64,000 nt of DNA from Octopus vulgaris. Taxonomy: Eukaryota. Position numbers and translations under genes: made by a program. Shown piece after piece: positions 39,174 through 53,329 of this stretch (positions are counted from its first letter, which is position 1; each line of letters opens with the position of its first letter). The notes under the pieces are model-generated. The model was given only the letters and a program-made list of their open reading frames with translations. It did not search any database and had not been told where the DNA came from. The DNA is taken from positions 81,406,001-81,470,000 of the forward strand of contig OX597827.1 of NCBI GenBank assembly GCA_951406725.2, read 5' to 3'.

Positions 39174-40172
39174 GTAAGTTTTTGTCTTACTTCTGGAGAG
39201 AATTTTACTGAGAAATTGTATTGAATTTTTAATCATTGATTCTTAAATAGTTTTAAATGTGTTTATTTTCTGCAATGAAATCTTAATTTTCCTTTGATAG
39301 CTAGAATGATTAATTTTAGCTGTTCTTAGTACATTAACACATATTTCATACATTGCATTTATCTTTTAGTGTGATATTTAGACATATTTCACACCAAATC
39401 ATGAAATGATGCACAAACAGACATTATTTAATATTTGAGAAAATTTCTTTGAGATTTGGCAAAAATTTGCAAATGAACATGATCAATGTTTATTAGTACA
39501 ACAATGAGGTCCCCTTATAATTTTTAGCTCAATATGAAGAACTAAAATATTGGTAGAATGTAGAAGTGGCACTAAAGACACACAGAGTATGTCAGTCTAA
39601 ATATTGGTGAATTCATGTCTGGATGAATGTAATGAAAATGTTTACAAAAGAAAGACAAAACAAATTTCAGCTTGAAAAAAATTTTTTCAACAGTACATTA
39701 AAGATATCGTTAAGGAAACGTGTAAGTTTTATTGGCTAGGATTAAGATAATCCGAATATTAACACTTTCTGGTTCTTTAATCCAAGACATATGGTTTGTC
39801 TCTCACCTGACAGGGATATGGGTATCTTTCTCTAGAATCAAGCATCAGATTTAACTTCTTTCAAATGGAAGTGTATGAGATACATAGGGAGGTACACACC
39901 ACACACACACATACACACAACTATAAATGAATGTATGAATTATGAATGTAAGTATATGTTTATGTATATATTTATATGCATGTGAATGTATGTGTGTGTA
40001 TATATATATATATATATGTATGTATTAGCACATGTATGTATGTATGTATGCATATATGTCATTATTCAGTTTTATCTGATGATATCTTGCAAATAGAAAA
40101 AGAACTGGTTTCTAACCTAGATCCTCAGCTCCTTCATTGGAATTTCAAAATCAAGAACTGGGTATTTTTGTT

Positions 40173-40224
<52 letters not shown>

Positions 40225-40312
40225 TGTGTGTGTGTGTGTGTGTGCGTGTATGTTTTATGTATGTATGTATTCTCATGCATATAGTCACATATCTAGACAT
40301 GCTCATATATAT

Positions 40313-40525
40313 TTAAATGATAAATTTCTGGAAAGCTTTACAGATTTTTACGGTTCCAGTGATGGATTGGAGCTGTAGTTTTCGAATTAGCTCTCTCCTT
40401 TCTGGTTTTGAGAAGCCTAATTTCTCAAGATTGGTAAGGCAGTGTGTTACATATCCTAGGGCCCCAATAATTACAGGTATAAACTTGTAATCTGGATAGA
40501 GTAACTGCAGATTTCTCAATAGTTC
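40313..40525 (-). mobile_element. REL-endonuclease non-LTR retrotransposon C-terminal fragment
   Basis: YKFIPVIIGALG...LEKLG...LQLQSITGTVKI resembles the IPVIIGALG end of R4/Dong/NeSL-like ORFs. Confidence 0.65.
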
Positions 40526-40864
40526 AGTATGTATGTAAATATGTGTGTGTCTGTATGTTGTGTGTGTGAGTGAGAGAGAATGAGAGGGTGTGTGTGTGTG
40601 TGTGCATTCCTCTTCTATTTTTACCTATTTGAAGTCTGTTTCCTAACAGAAATACAAATTCATATCTTGGACTTGAGAAAAGTCTTGCATTGCTTTTACT
40701 ATTCCACTTACAGAGTGTATTTGTGATGTAGCTGTTGCCTGCTTCACTTCTTTTCCTCAGAACCTTAGCTTATCCAAATTTTCCCCCGTGGCAATTTACT
40801 CACAAAACCAGGGGAACCAGTTGTTATTGGTAGAAACATAGATTTATAATCTGGATATATAGTG

Positions 40865-41185
40865 TGAAGGCATGTGGCTTAGTGGCTTGGGTATTTGGTT
40901 CATGATTGAAAGGCTGTGAGTTCAATTCCTGGCAGAACCTAGTGTCCTTGAGCAAGATACTTTATTTCACTTTGCACCAGTTCACTCCACTGGCAAAAAT
41001 GAGTTGTGCCTACTCTTGAAAGGGCCACCCTTGTTACATTCTGTATCACACTGAATCTCCCTGAGAACTACGTTAAGAGTATGCATGTCTGTGGAACGCT
41101 CAGCCATTTGCACATTAACTTCCCGGACGGGCTGTTCTCTTGATTGGATCAGCTGGAACCCTTACTGTTGTACCCAATGGAGAGA
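40865..41185 (+). mobile_element. tRNA-derived SINE-like element
   Basis: A-box tggcttagtgg, B-box gagttcaattcc, then gtgtccttgagcaag core-like sequence. Confidence 0.55.
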
Positions 41186-41989
41186 CAGGTATCAGGGTTT
41201 ACAAGTCAGAGATTTCAAACCAGTTGTCCACAGTCATCCTGTTTTTCTTTGATTTCCAAAGAGATGTTCACATGTGGAGGGCAGTTGACTCCTTTGACAC
41301 TACATGCATTTCTGTCCTAAACAATTATATCCAGTTTGTTGTGCTTGAACTCGGTACCAGTTTCGATGGTAAAGTTCCACCAATATTCCTTCCAATGAGG
41401 TTTATGTATGAGTTCAATAACAGGTAAGATTCTCTATATCCACCTCAGAACTGTTTTCTTTTTGGATGCTGTCATATTGGGAGACAGGGATGATAATATT
41501 TAGGGGTAGCTGCTGATTGTGTGTGTCATGTTTCCAGTGAAAGTGTAACTCAAATGATATTCATCTCCTGTTGCATCTTGGGGCTGCAAGTGCTTCCCTG
41601 CCTCTTTTGTGTCTAAGATATTTTGTAGCAAACTTGGATTGTTAATGCAAAGCCTGTGATGTCTGATGTTTTGCAGTAGCCAAGAGTCAAAGAGTGTCTG
41701 CTTTACATGTTGATATTAGTATGACCTTCAAGTAGTCAGGAAACATATCATACATCGTCTGTTTCTGGTATACCGACCAATATAAGTATAATATATGTGC
41801 CTTTCATGAGTACTTTACAATAGAAAAATTTAGATACTTTTTTTAATAACATCATCTGGGAATGTGGTATGTTGCTTCCACTATACATACATATGTATAT
41901 ACATGCATACACACACACATATATATAAATACATACAGAAACAGTGCGGGAGACAAGGATGAAAGAAACCGAAGTGCATTAATATAAAT

Positions 41990-42051
<62 letters not shown>

Positions 42052-42701
42052 TTGCATATATGTATATACATTTGTATAACTATGGTCATAATGGTTGTAT
42101 CTTGAGTCAACTAAGTACAGTTATGTCAATTAATGGATTGTTTTGAGAGTATTTAGAGATAAAACAAATCTATATTTTGAAGATAATGTGAAATGCAGAC
42201 AAGAAATTAAAAGAATCCATGTTAAATTAAGGGAGATCATTATACAGTGTATAGGCAGTTATCTCCCGTTAATATCATCAAACAATTTTTGATATCTTAA
42301 AGATATTCCCAGAGAAATATCTATTCTTCTTATAAGTATTTCCTAATTCTTTCAGGACCCCAAAAGGTGGCGTACATCACTCTTCATATATATGGGTTCT
42401 AAATTTATGAGAAACCTAATTCTACCAAATGTTTTTCCAGAAATTTCACTTCCTTATTCCTTAATGCTATCTCCAAGTAGAAGAACCAAACACATCAAAA
42501 CATATTGTAAATTAGGAATAATTACTATCAGTTATTAAAAGCCGGCAGGCAGACAGATACCTAGATAGAGAGACTGACACAGAATTAGGCAGAGAAATAT
42601 ATAGAGACAGAGATAGACAAAACAAAATTTGTTTGCATATAATTGGATGATAGAGAGACTAATACATAGCTACAAAGATAGACGGATATATACATACATA
42701 A

Positions 42702-42744
<43 letters not shown>

Positions 42745-43556
42745 TACATATATAGATATATACATATGTACATAAATACATTCATATATAGATACATGCA
42801 ATTCCTAGGATGAAACTTTAAAATATTTAATGCATCGCTACATGTATTTCCATGAATCGCATGACTTTTAAGATCACGGTCCGTATTCCAGGGATGATTT
42901 CAGTGTAGTCCATAGTGTCCTTGGCTATGTGGTTGATCATCTTCATGGATTCATGTCTTCAGGCAATTCCACATTAGTGGATGAACCACCAAGGGATGTT
43001 TTTCTCTTTTAACCATTCTGAAGCTCCAAACGAGTTATTAATCATAATATTCATTCTACACTACATTGGTACAACTTCATGAATTCCTGAAGGAACCTAA
43101 AAGCCATGTGACATGTCAATTGTATTCCCAAGTATCACCGCATGTTTCCATCGTCAACAATGTCGAGTGAGCAAAAATTCAGCAAATCATGATACGAAAG
43201 ATAATCTGAAAGCCGTAAAATTTCAAAGAGATTGTTATTATATATCTGAGTGGTACAATCAACATTCCAGTGGTCCAACGGTTGCCAGACTTGAAAGAGA
43301 AGATGTTTGTTTTTATATACACAATTAGAATATTTCACCCATAGTATCTATATACCTTTCTTTTGATTTCAGAAGAAATTTTTAACAACATTGTATGTGT
43401 AGTTACATTTTCAAAGAAGTAATTTAAAACTTTAATGAACTTCAACAAAAGATTCTTTCCAAAACCTCAAACTTTCAGTGAAATTTTTCAATAAAAACAT
43501 TCTATTTTCTTCTTTAATTTCAGATAAACTCACAAGATATGATTTAACATTCTGTG

Positions 43557-45982
43557 ATGGAAGTAGGCTGTGTGTGGAATACATACTTACTTGCAAATGT
43601 CCTCAATCTATTACTACACAGTTGTGTCTGTGTAGATCTGAGCTATCATGTAGAAGAAGAAAGCAGTCCCTTTACTTTTGTTGGGGATATTGCTGCTGAC
43701 ACACAGATGGAAGAAACGGACTCTCTTGTGGGAAATAACTTCATCACATACAACCAAATGCAACAGCAATGGACGGAGAATTCACATTTATTCAATGTCA
43801 CACAAGATGGTAAATTGTACACGGCTCAAACATTGGATGCTGAGAAACTGTGTACATATGAATCAGAGTGTGTTAGATACATCAAAGTTGCTGTACATAG
43901 AAGGAAGACATTTTTTGAAAGTTATTAAAATTAAAGTAATTATAGAAGACATTAACGATCACAGCCCTGAGTTTCCTCAGACACAACTGAACATTACATA
44001 TGATGAAGATGATGGAGAAGGAGGAGAAAAATTAATTCCAGATGCCATTGATAAAGATGTTGGAATGGAAAATTCAGAAATTACATACAAATTGAAGAAA
44101 CAATTTAGCGATCCATTTATATTGTCTGTGAGGAAAACTATCACAGGAAGAGCAAAGATAGGAATTATTCTTGGAGACAAACTAGACAGAGAAATACAAG
44201 ATAGTTACAATCTAGAAGTGATAGCTAATGATGGAGGACAACCTTCAAAACAAGGAATTTTACAATGTTCATATAAAAATAAATGATGTGAATGATAACT
44301 CACCAGTTTTTTCAAAACATATTTACAATATTTCCATCAAAAATACACATCCTAACAACAACCCTATTTTGACATTGTCTGCAAAAGACCCAGATTCTGG
44401 CAATAATGGTAAAGTGTCTTATTATTTCAGTTCAGAAACACCAGAACGTACAAGAAGCCATTTCAGACTGAACCAACAAACTGGGGAATTGTTTGTAGAA
44501 AAACCATTAACATCACAAACAAAGAATATTCTCAAGATGTATGTGGAGGCAAAAGATGGAGGGAATCCTTCTTTAAATTCCTTTGCCATTGTACGGGTGA
44601 ATATTCTCAATGAAAAGAACCATCCTCCCAAAATAGGGATCAATTTTGTGTCTGAATTAAAGAAGGGCACTGCAGCTATTTACGAAGGGACAAAAGTGGG
44701 CAGTTATCTAGCTTATGTGAATGTGGTGGACAACGATGTTGGAGCAAATGGAGAAGTGAGTTGTAAATTAGAACATGATAAAGTTGTCCTCTCACATTTA
44801 GGATCAAAGGAATACAAGATTACTCTGCAGAAACCACTTGACAGAGAAAAATTAGACCATTTTAACATGAGAATTGTGTGTGAAGACAATGGAAGCCCTG
44901 CTTTAAAGACGGAGAGAAAGATCTCAATCCAAGTAATGGATGTGAATGATGTGCAACCGCAATTTACCAAAGATACATTCCACTTCCTCACCTATGAGAA
45001 TGGTAAAGCAAACTTTCCTATAGGTTTTATCAATGCCACTGACCCAGACCTGGCAAGTGCTGGTCAACTGACGTTCTCACTGTTGAGTAAAGACAGAAAT
45101 AACATACCGTTCCAGGTGAGTGATTATGGTTTTATTACCAGCAACATACCATTGGACAGAGAAGAAGAAGACATGTATAAGTTTGAGGTTTTTGTCAAAG
45201 ACAATGGTAAACCGTCGTTGAATAACACAGCGAATGTTGTTGTTGAGGTTTTAGACAGAAACGACAATAATCCGTATTTCATCTACCCTACAACTGACCC
45301 TTTCCATATCAATGTCCACTACCATCCGCAAAGTACCAATGCCATCACTGTGATTAGAGCGTCTGACAGAGACAGTCATTTAAATGCGTTCCTCAAATAT
45401 GGAATACTTGACGGTAACAATAAACGCTTGTTTACACTCAACTCTTTAACTGGTCAAATGTCTTTCTCGCGTGCACCTCATCTCAACGATGCTGGCTCAT
45501 ACGAACTGGTGCTTGTGGTCAAGGATTCTGGAAGCCCAGTGTTGTCAGCCACAACTACTGTGTCTTTGTCATTAAGGGTCACTAACAAGACATCAGCACC
45601 GATGCCGACTGTCCACTTAGAGAAGAACAGAACACTGGACGTACCATTATTGATTATCCTTGTAGTAGCAGCTGTAATAGTAGCTGTGGTGATTGTAGTG
45701 TCGATCACACTGTGTATTGTGAAATGTAGCAGTGGTCAGTCTCGCTCTGCCAAGAGCACTAGGAAAGGTGTTAATAGGTCAGCTATATGTAACAGAATTG
45801 ATCAACCTTTACCGTGTCAGAGCAGCAGTATTCCTGGTACCCCAGTGAGGTACTCTTCAGAGATGAATAATAGAAACATGCCATTTGTGGAATGTAAGGA
45901 AGATTTCTACCCGCAGTATGAATCTCAGATTGATTGGTCAAACGTGGGTACCCTGGAGAAGAGTCCACCCAATACAATATTG
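43557..45982 (+). CDS. Protocadherin copy 4 main coding exon, with two +1 insertions (probable consensus error, otherwise pseudogene)
   Basis: Collinear with the other copies. Extra T at 43911-43916 and an extra base at 44263-44266; no substitution-derived stops. Acceptor 43522-43523, donor 45983. Confidence 0.85.
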
Positions 45983-46166
45983 GTAAGTATGAGATTATGA
46001 AATTCTTCCTTAATTCTCTAACAGACATATCAGTCTCTAGATATCTTTTCTAATTAATGTATATCTTATATTTTAATGAATGTATGCAATTAACTTGTTT
46101 GGACCCCATTTGTTCTCCTATAATCTCTGTTCCGTCTACTGCCATCGGCAATTAGGATATGCAATT

Positions 46167-46373
46167 CAATAAAGACGGCGAGCTGGCACAAATGCTAGCA
46201 CACAGGGCAAAATGCTGAGTGGTATTTCGTCTGTCACTATGTTTGGAGGTCGACATTGCCTTACATCCTTTAAGGGTTGATAAATTAAATACCAGTTGCA
46301 TATTTGGGTCGATCTCATCGATTGCCCTCAACCTCCCCCAAAATTTCAGGCCTTGTATCTAGAGCAGAAAAGT
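46167..46373 (+). mobile_element. SINE insertion with target-site duplication
   Basis: ggcgagctggca...gaggtcgacattgccttacatcct...gataaattaaataccag is flanked by attaggatat..aatt on both sides. The empty site is visible at about 8360 and 34395. Confidence 0.7.
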
Positions 46374-47439
46374 ATTAGGATATATAATTTTGGGGACATT
46401 CCAATGTTTAGGGCACCAGGCAACACCATTCCTGTTGATGGCATTACAAGTCTATTTTGACAGAATGATTAAGTAGAGATTTGATTTGGAGAGGATTTTG
46501 GACTGCTGCATAGACATAATTACTCTTCTAACAGACTCCGTAAAGTGATTCCTTAAGGAGGGCATCAAACCATGGAGACCATTCTAAAAACTGAGAAGTC
46601 TCAGAGACATGTGGTTTTCTGATCTGAATAACAGAGGAAGAATCATGAAATAGGAAGTGCATTGGTGAGTTCCCATGTTGTCATGTCCTAAACGTGTCAA
46701 CATGGAAAGCAGACAAGTGATGATGATGATGTTGGAGGTGGGGATGGCAGTGGCATCAGTGTTGATGGTGACGTGTTTTGTATTATTTTGTGGATTCGTT
46801 TAGTCAAGCAATTTACGAGGAAACAGTAAAGAATGGTGCAATGAAGAAGGAATTGGAAGTGCATTGTGATTAGTGATGTGTAGCAACCTTTCATAATCTT
46901 ATCGATACAGTGATCCAATGACCTGTATTTAGTTTTAAAACCCTAAACTTTGTTTTTGTGTCACTTTAGGTGGATTTCTAATTTTCTTGAGATATTTCAA
47001 GAAATAATTATACTCACACACATATTCATATATATCTACGACCAGAATTTAACTTTTCATTTTAATACACACACACACTTATTCTATTGTATGCATGCAT
47101 TTGTATACGTGTGTTGATGTATGTATTGAATTAGGAATATCACCATTATTATCCCATCCACCAACATCACATCCTCTACCCAACCACCATCATGGCCACT
47201 TTCATTTCCAGTAGTTGTCCATAGAAGAGAAATGGTAGAATCTGACCAGAGTGTAGACTTTAGGTATCAAACTGGATCTTCAGGTGCCGTGAGGTCGGTT
47301 ACCTTAAATTGCTGATGGTGAGAGATAGACCAATGGATACATATTTATGCAGTGATGGCAGTGTTTGATATTCGGAGGATCCAATATGTTGGTCATGGAT
47401 GGATTAATGTAGGGGATGTTATTAATTAGTATTATTAAT

Positions 47440-47654
47440 TAAAATAAGAAGGTGAGCCAGCAGAATCACTTGCATGCCTGGCGTGATGCTTAGCGGTATG
47501 TTGTCTTTCTTACAGTCTGTGTTCAATTTCCACTGAGGTCACCTTTACTTTACATTCTTTCAGCTTCGATAAAACAAATATCAGTTGAGCAGATCGATAT
47601 AATTGACTGAGCTCTTCCTATAAAATTGCTGGCCATGTGCAAAAATCTGAATCC
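47440..47654 (+). mobile_element. SINE insertion with 12-bp target-site duplication (agtattattaat)
   Basis: TSD at 47428-47439 and 47655-47666. Same family as 46167. Empty site at about 35322 in copy 3. Confidence 0.75.
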
Positions 47655-48385
47655 AGTATTATTAATGAATGTAGTTTGTTAGTATAATTAGTTTGATCTT
47701 TGTAACTATGGAAACGGTAAGGATGACTGGCAAAATCTCTTACAGAATAACATTTACAGCCTTGACTTACGATGTCCCCTAACACAGCCCAGAAGATTTT
47801 AGTGACTCCTAATAATGACCACCATATACACTTCTCCATCCCCACAAACCACATCAATACAATATCCACAGTTGTGTCAAACACAATTTGTACGGTCAGG
47901 TAGATTGGATATCATACAATCGGTCAAGCATATAATACCATTCATACATTGTTTAGACATAAATGTTAGTCAACCATTTATCAGGCATGATTTGTCATAC
48001 ATTGTTCAGATAATTGCTGTCATATTTGTCAGACTTAATGATTCCATACATTTGGTCATACATAATATCCCTCATACATTTAGACAGTTATAATGTCTTT
48101 CCTACATTGTTCAGTCATTCTAGATGACATACACTTGGACTGACATAATGCCTGTCATACATATAGTCAGACATAATTTGTGTTATACAAATTCCAAACT
48201 GAAGATTAGTCTGAAGATTTGGTTGACTGGAGTCTGGTGCAGCCTTCCAGCTAACCAGCACTGGTCAAACCACCCAACTCATGCCAGCATGGACAATGGA
48301 CATAACATGATGATGATGATTTGGTCAAACATATTTCATTCAGTATTTCTGTTAAACACTTTCTGTCTTTCTTTCTCCATTCCAG

Positions 48386-48409
48386 TTACCAACAAGAATT
48401 AAAAAATAA
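48386..48409 (+). CDS. Protocadherin copy 4 terminal micro-exon (LPTRIKK*)
   Basis: ccattccAG then TTACCAACAAGAATTAAAAAATAA. Confidence 0.85.
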   Translation, partial: LPTRIKK

Positions 48410-48813
48410 AACCACATCTCTGCAAGAAAAGCAAATATTGTTGCTTGACAAACTCTGGAATATTCAGTCAACAAGATCTTATCATTCTGGAACATTTCAT
48501 GGAATCATACACACACACACACACACACACACACCTTTATCACTACAAATATCTTAATATAAACACAAATATTGCATGTTAAACAAGACATTTTAATCTA
48601 CCAGATCATTCATTAGTTTCTGATAATCAAACAGGATTTAATTATATCCCCAACATAATTACTGGTTAATCTTGACATTAATGAGCTGTTAATTAACTGT
48701 TCAAAATAAAAATAAACCGCATTTATACATACATACGTACATATATGCACATTAGTATATATATGTAAGTGCATGTGTATATATGTATGTATGTATAAAT
48801 GCATGTATGTGTG

Positions 48814-48898
<85 letters not shown>

Positions 48899-49269
48899 TA
48901 TATACACAGCTAAAGTTGCATTTATTTGAACTCACAATTCCATGTTCCAGATTTTCAAACAATTAAAATAATTCATTAGAATAATTTAAGTTAAGACTCA
49001 TAAAGCTGCAGGTGTGACTAAAATAATTACACTCTACTTTATGTATTGAGTACATTTATGCAGCTTGGATACACATAAACATGCTCATTCACTAATTTCA
49101 CACAATTTCTCCCTCTCTTTCTTTCTCTTATATATTTATATATGCATGTGCACACACACACACACTCACATATACATGTACATGTAAATAGCTAGCTAGC
49201 TAGACAGATAGATAAATACAAGCATATATACTTATGTGTATATATATATATATACAACTACACATAATA

Positions 49270-50510
49270 AACGTATCCTCTATTCTATATCTATATACAA
49301 CACACTTGTTTCCCAACACAACCAATAGAGTTACTACACATCACACATCGTTACAACACACCAGCATTACACAACACTCCATTGTTAAACTATAAACAAT
49401 AGAACTACAAACTGTGTATATTTACACAGCACACAGTCTATACACAGCTCTTATGACACACACACATCACTGCAGTATGTGTGTAGAAGCATTGTGTGTG
49501 TGTGTGAGTGTGCAGCAGACTACAGCAGCAGAAACAACAGCAGCAGTAGTTACAGCCTGAGATCCACATCTCTACTACCACACACACACACACACACAGA
49601 GTGACACACCACTAGACACTCCCTCACACACTGCCACACTGATTATGGATGAGACAATGGAGGTAAGTCTACATCTATCTTCTTTCATTTCCCATCTTTC
49701 CTCTTTAATATCATGTGAAAATATATAAGAGACAAGAGAACACCAAAGGGACATTCAGAGAAACACCCTTATATCACTCACAAATATCAGCAAATGTTTT
49801 ACTCACAACATACAACTTCACTGGGCAAAATACTAACTATTATTATTATTATTAGATTATTTAATAATCCAGTGTCATTTCACAAATATTCTGGTTCTAT
49901 ATTGATAGAGTTTATAATAATTGTTATTGTTTTAGTCTCCTATGTTGTTGTTTCGGTGAAATTAGATGCAAAGTTTGTCTCACTAAATCTCATCTCTCAC
50001 AGGAAATCTCCATTTTGTCTTCACAACATTCCGTCTCTTCTCTTTAGCCAGATTATTTCATTTGTAGATTTCCTGCAGACACTCTAACAATATATCATTA
50101 TATTCCCAGAAATATTTCTTACTTAATATTTCTCTATTCATTTTATCATATCACAATGTATAAATGATGTTCTAAAAGCATTTATAGAAATGATTTAACG
50201 AAGGAGGTCTTCATAATGAATCTATAATCACAGAGTAGCAGATATCGTTCTGATGTCAGACATGGTTGTTTGAGGGATTGTGTGAGCAATTTGTTGTGGA
50301 AAATATATTTTAGTGTCAAAGTGAAGACAACAAGACATAGAAATACAAGTGGATCTTTTTCTTCTGTGGTGTCTGTGGATTAGTAATGTTCAAAATAATA
50401 ATAATATTAATAATGATAGCCATTTGTTGGACACATTGTTGTATATTGTGAATAGCAGCAGACATTTTGCTGTGATACAGAGTCATTTGGTGATTAAATT
50501 TCTCACATAA
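49270..50510 (+). promoter_or_regulatory. Promoter / exon 1 block of copy 5 (exon 1 ends 49662)
   Basis: Near-identical block. TATAAA 49391, ATG 49645, donor 49663. Confidence 0.65.
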
Positions 50511-51007
50511 ATATATATATATATATATATATATCTGTGATTAGTTCTGTCTGCATTTATTCTTTAGAATGTTGTACAATGTACATATTAACATTTCAGT
50601 TGGTGATATATATTTTATGTTGTTTATTTAGTGTACAATCATTGGTGTATATATTTTTAAAAATGGCTATATAATGATGAGAAATTTATTATGAAATAAG
50701 ATAGTTTATGCAGAATAGAGTGCATATTCACATTTTACTGTGTACTGAACAGTATATATTGATGGAATGTTGTATAATACAGACTGTGCATATGTTTTGT
50801 GAGTGTGTATGCTTAATTCCCCATCGGTTGCATCAGTGAGACTTCTGACTACTGTATATATAACATTCACCATCAACCTCATTCATCTCTCATCTAGACA
50901 TCATGGTAGTTGAGAACTGTGGCTTTTCAATCTCTCTCTTTCTCTCTCTCTCTCTCATTTATTTAACATGCAATACAATGTTGTTCTCATATTTCAATAT
51001 GTTTTAG

Positions 51008-51178
51008 TGTCACTTTTAATGGAAGGGACCAACACACTCAAGTCCAGCTCTTTGTTGCTATTGGATACAGGGGACAACTGACAGATCCTTCTGTACTCAC
51101 CAAAATGGGATGACTTTAAGTTACTAACTTGAAGAAATCCTTTCTTTGACTTTGGATGTTGAAGCATTCCTACTTTTG
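51008..51178 (+). other. Putative 5' leader exon 2 of copy 5
   Basis: ttttAG acceptor and G|GTAAGT donor. Homologous island. Confidence 0.7.
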
Positions 51179-51257
51179 GTAAGTTTTTCTCCTTTCTGCA
51201 GGGAATGTTACTGTGAAAAATATCCTGAATTTTGCAGCATCTCTAATAATATAGTTC

Positions 51258-51800
51258 ATCATCATCTTCATCATCATCGTTTAACACCCGCTTTCCATGC
51301 TGGAATGGGTTGGGCAATTTGACTAAGGACTGGTAAGCTAATAGGCTGCACCAGGCTCCAGTCTGATCTGGTAAGGTTTCTACAGCTCAATGCCCTTCCT
51401 ATTGCCAACCACTTTGAGCGTGTAGTGGGTGCTTTTTATGTGTCACTGGCACAGGAGCCAGTCAGGTGGCACTGGCATCGACTACATTCGGATGGTGCTT
51501 TTAACATGCCACAGGCACAGGAGCTAGTCAGGCAGTACTAGCATCGACCTGCGCTTGAATGCTACTTATGTGCCACCAGCATGAGAGCCAGCCAGGTGGC
51601 ACTGGCCACACCTATGATTTCGATTTCACTTGACTCAAAAGGTCTTCTCATGCACATCATATCAGCTGACGAATCAAGGGTACTTTTAAATGAGCCGGTC
51701 ATGCAACACTGGAATCGGCAATGGCTGTGATCTCACTTTACTTGCAGGGTCTTCTGAATCACAGCATATCTCCAAAGGTCTCAGTCGCTTGTCATTGCTT
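51258..51800 (-). mobile_element. RTE-family LINE 3' UTR fragment
   Basis: Homologous to 15225-15900, with an (atc)n tail on the left. Confidence 0.7.
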
Positions 51801-51829
51801 CTGTAATCTCAGGTATTCACAATCTTTCA

Positions 51830-52325
51830 ATGCTCTTTTAATTGCTTAAGACCCCACCACTGATAATAGTTCCCATCCCTAAGAAGTAAAACTTTCTGTA
51901 GGAGATCTACCAGGAATTCTATTCCAATCTCCTTTGACCATTTGTCTATATCTTCACTTACAGTTCCCAACGCACCAATTATTGTAGGCACAGCGTTTAC
52001 AATTTCCTTATTTCAAATTCTTGCAATTTTAAAGGATTGTAATTTTTTGCTTTTTGTCTTCTTTCTTTATAATCTTGGAATCAAATGGACATGATGGGTC
52101 AATCAATAAGCAACTTTGCTTTTCCTTGTCTGTTATTGTTATTCCTGGTCTACTATTTTCTAGCTTCTTGTCCGTTTGAATAGTAAAGTCCCACAGAGTC
52201 TTACACTTCTCTGACACCAACACTCTTTTGACCTGGTTTTCATATCATGTGTCCTCAGCTTCAAATTCCCATTTTTGATAAAGCTTCCAGTGTGAAACTT
52301 TTACAAATTAGTCATGCCTCCATTT
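51830..52325 (-). mobile_element. REL-endonuclease (R4/Dong-like) non-LTR retrotransposon remnant
   Basis: KTLWDFTIQTDKKLENSRPGI...CLLIDPSCPFD matches the LWDF.IQTD...RPDI...IDxxCP endonuclease region. Confidence 0.75.
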
Positions 52326-53329
52326 CTTAGATTCTTCCAGAAAGAGCATCCAATCTTAAAAATCCTGCCTCAGAATCAATTCCAATCCAATCCATTCTTG
52401 TATCAGGAAATGGATTTGAGAGGAATGATTGATACTGAACAATAAAATTGTGTTTCAACCCCCAAAAATATTCTCTCTACAAAAACACAGAATCTATTGA
52501 AATTACAAGGAATACTAAAGGAGTCGTTTCTGTTTTTAATTCCTTATTTGGGTATTATCATTCTATAGTCCAGGTTAGCCTTGATTGAAGAGATTTATGA
52601 CTAAAGACCTTCCAACTATGGCTACATCACATTCTTTTTACGAATCCTTTTCTACATTAACCAATATATTCATTTTAAAATGTTGAAAGTGTGATTTGAG
52701 GGAAATTTGGTTGCTATTTCTAAGTGAACAGACCCTCTTAGAGAGCCATTTCTTGATTTGGTATTCAAAGATTATTTCATCTGGTAAAGTCTTTGAGCTG
52801 AACGACCTCTAATATCTTTATATTTCTGCAAATCTAATTTCTGAAATATGGCCAGTATCCTGGTCAGCTTTATTCGCCATCAAGATATATATTTCGATGC
52901 AATCTTTTCTCACAAATCACAGAAATATTGTAATGAAAAATGTCATTAATATTCAAGGGAGATAATTGTCTCTTTTGTCATATCTTAGATCCGGTTATCT
53001 TCCATGAATATCCCTTGGCTCTGATGTTCCAGAAAAGTCCAATTGATATTTTTGGTTCTCAATTATAAATGATCAGAACTTTAAAGTGTAACATATTTTC
53101 TGCAGACGAAAGTATATAAACTATTTGCTGGTACAGGTATTCCATTCCATTTAAAATGCTGAAGGCATTGTAAAGACAAAACATTTGCAAAACCTTAGAC
53201 TTTAAAACTAAATGGTGGTGACAATAATAAAGCACACCAGAGGACTGGATTTCAGATGAGGTATGGATAATATAAGCATCTAAATCTAGAAACAGATGTG
53301 ATATACTCAAAGAATTTCCTAACATTTAG

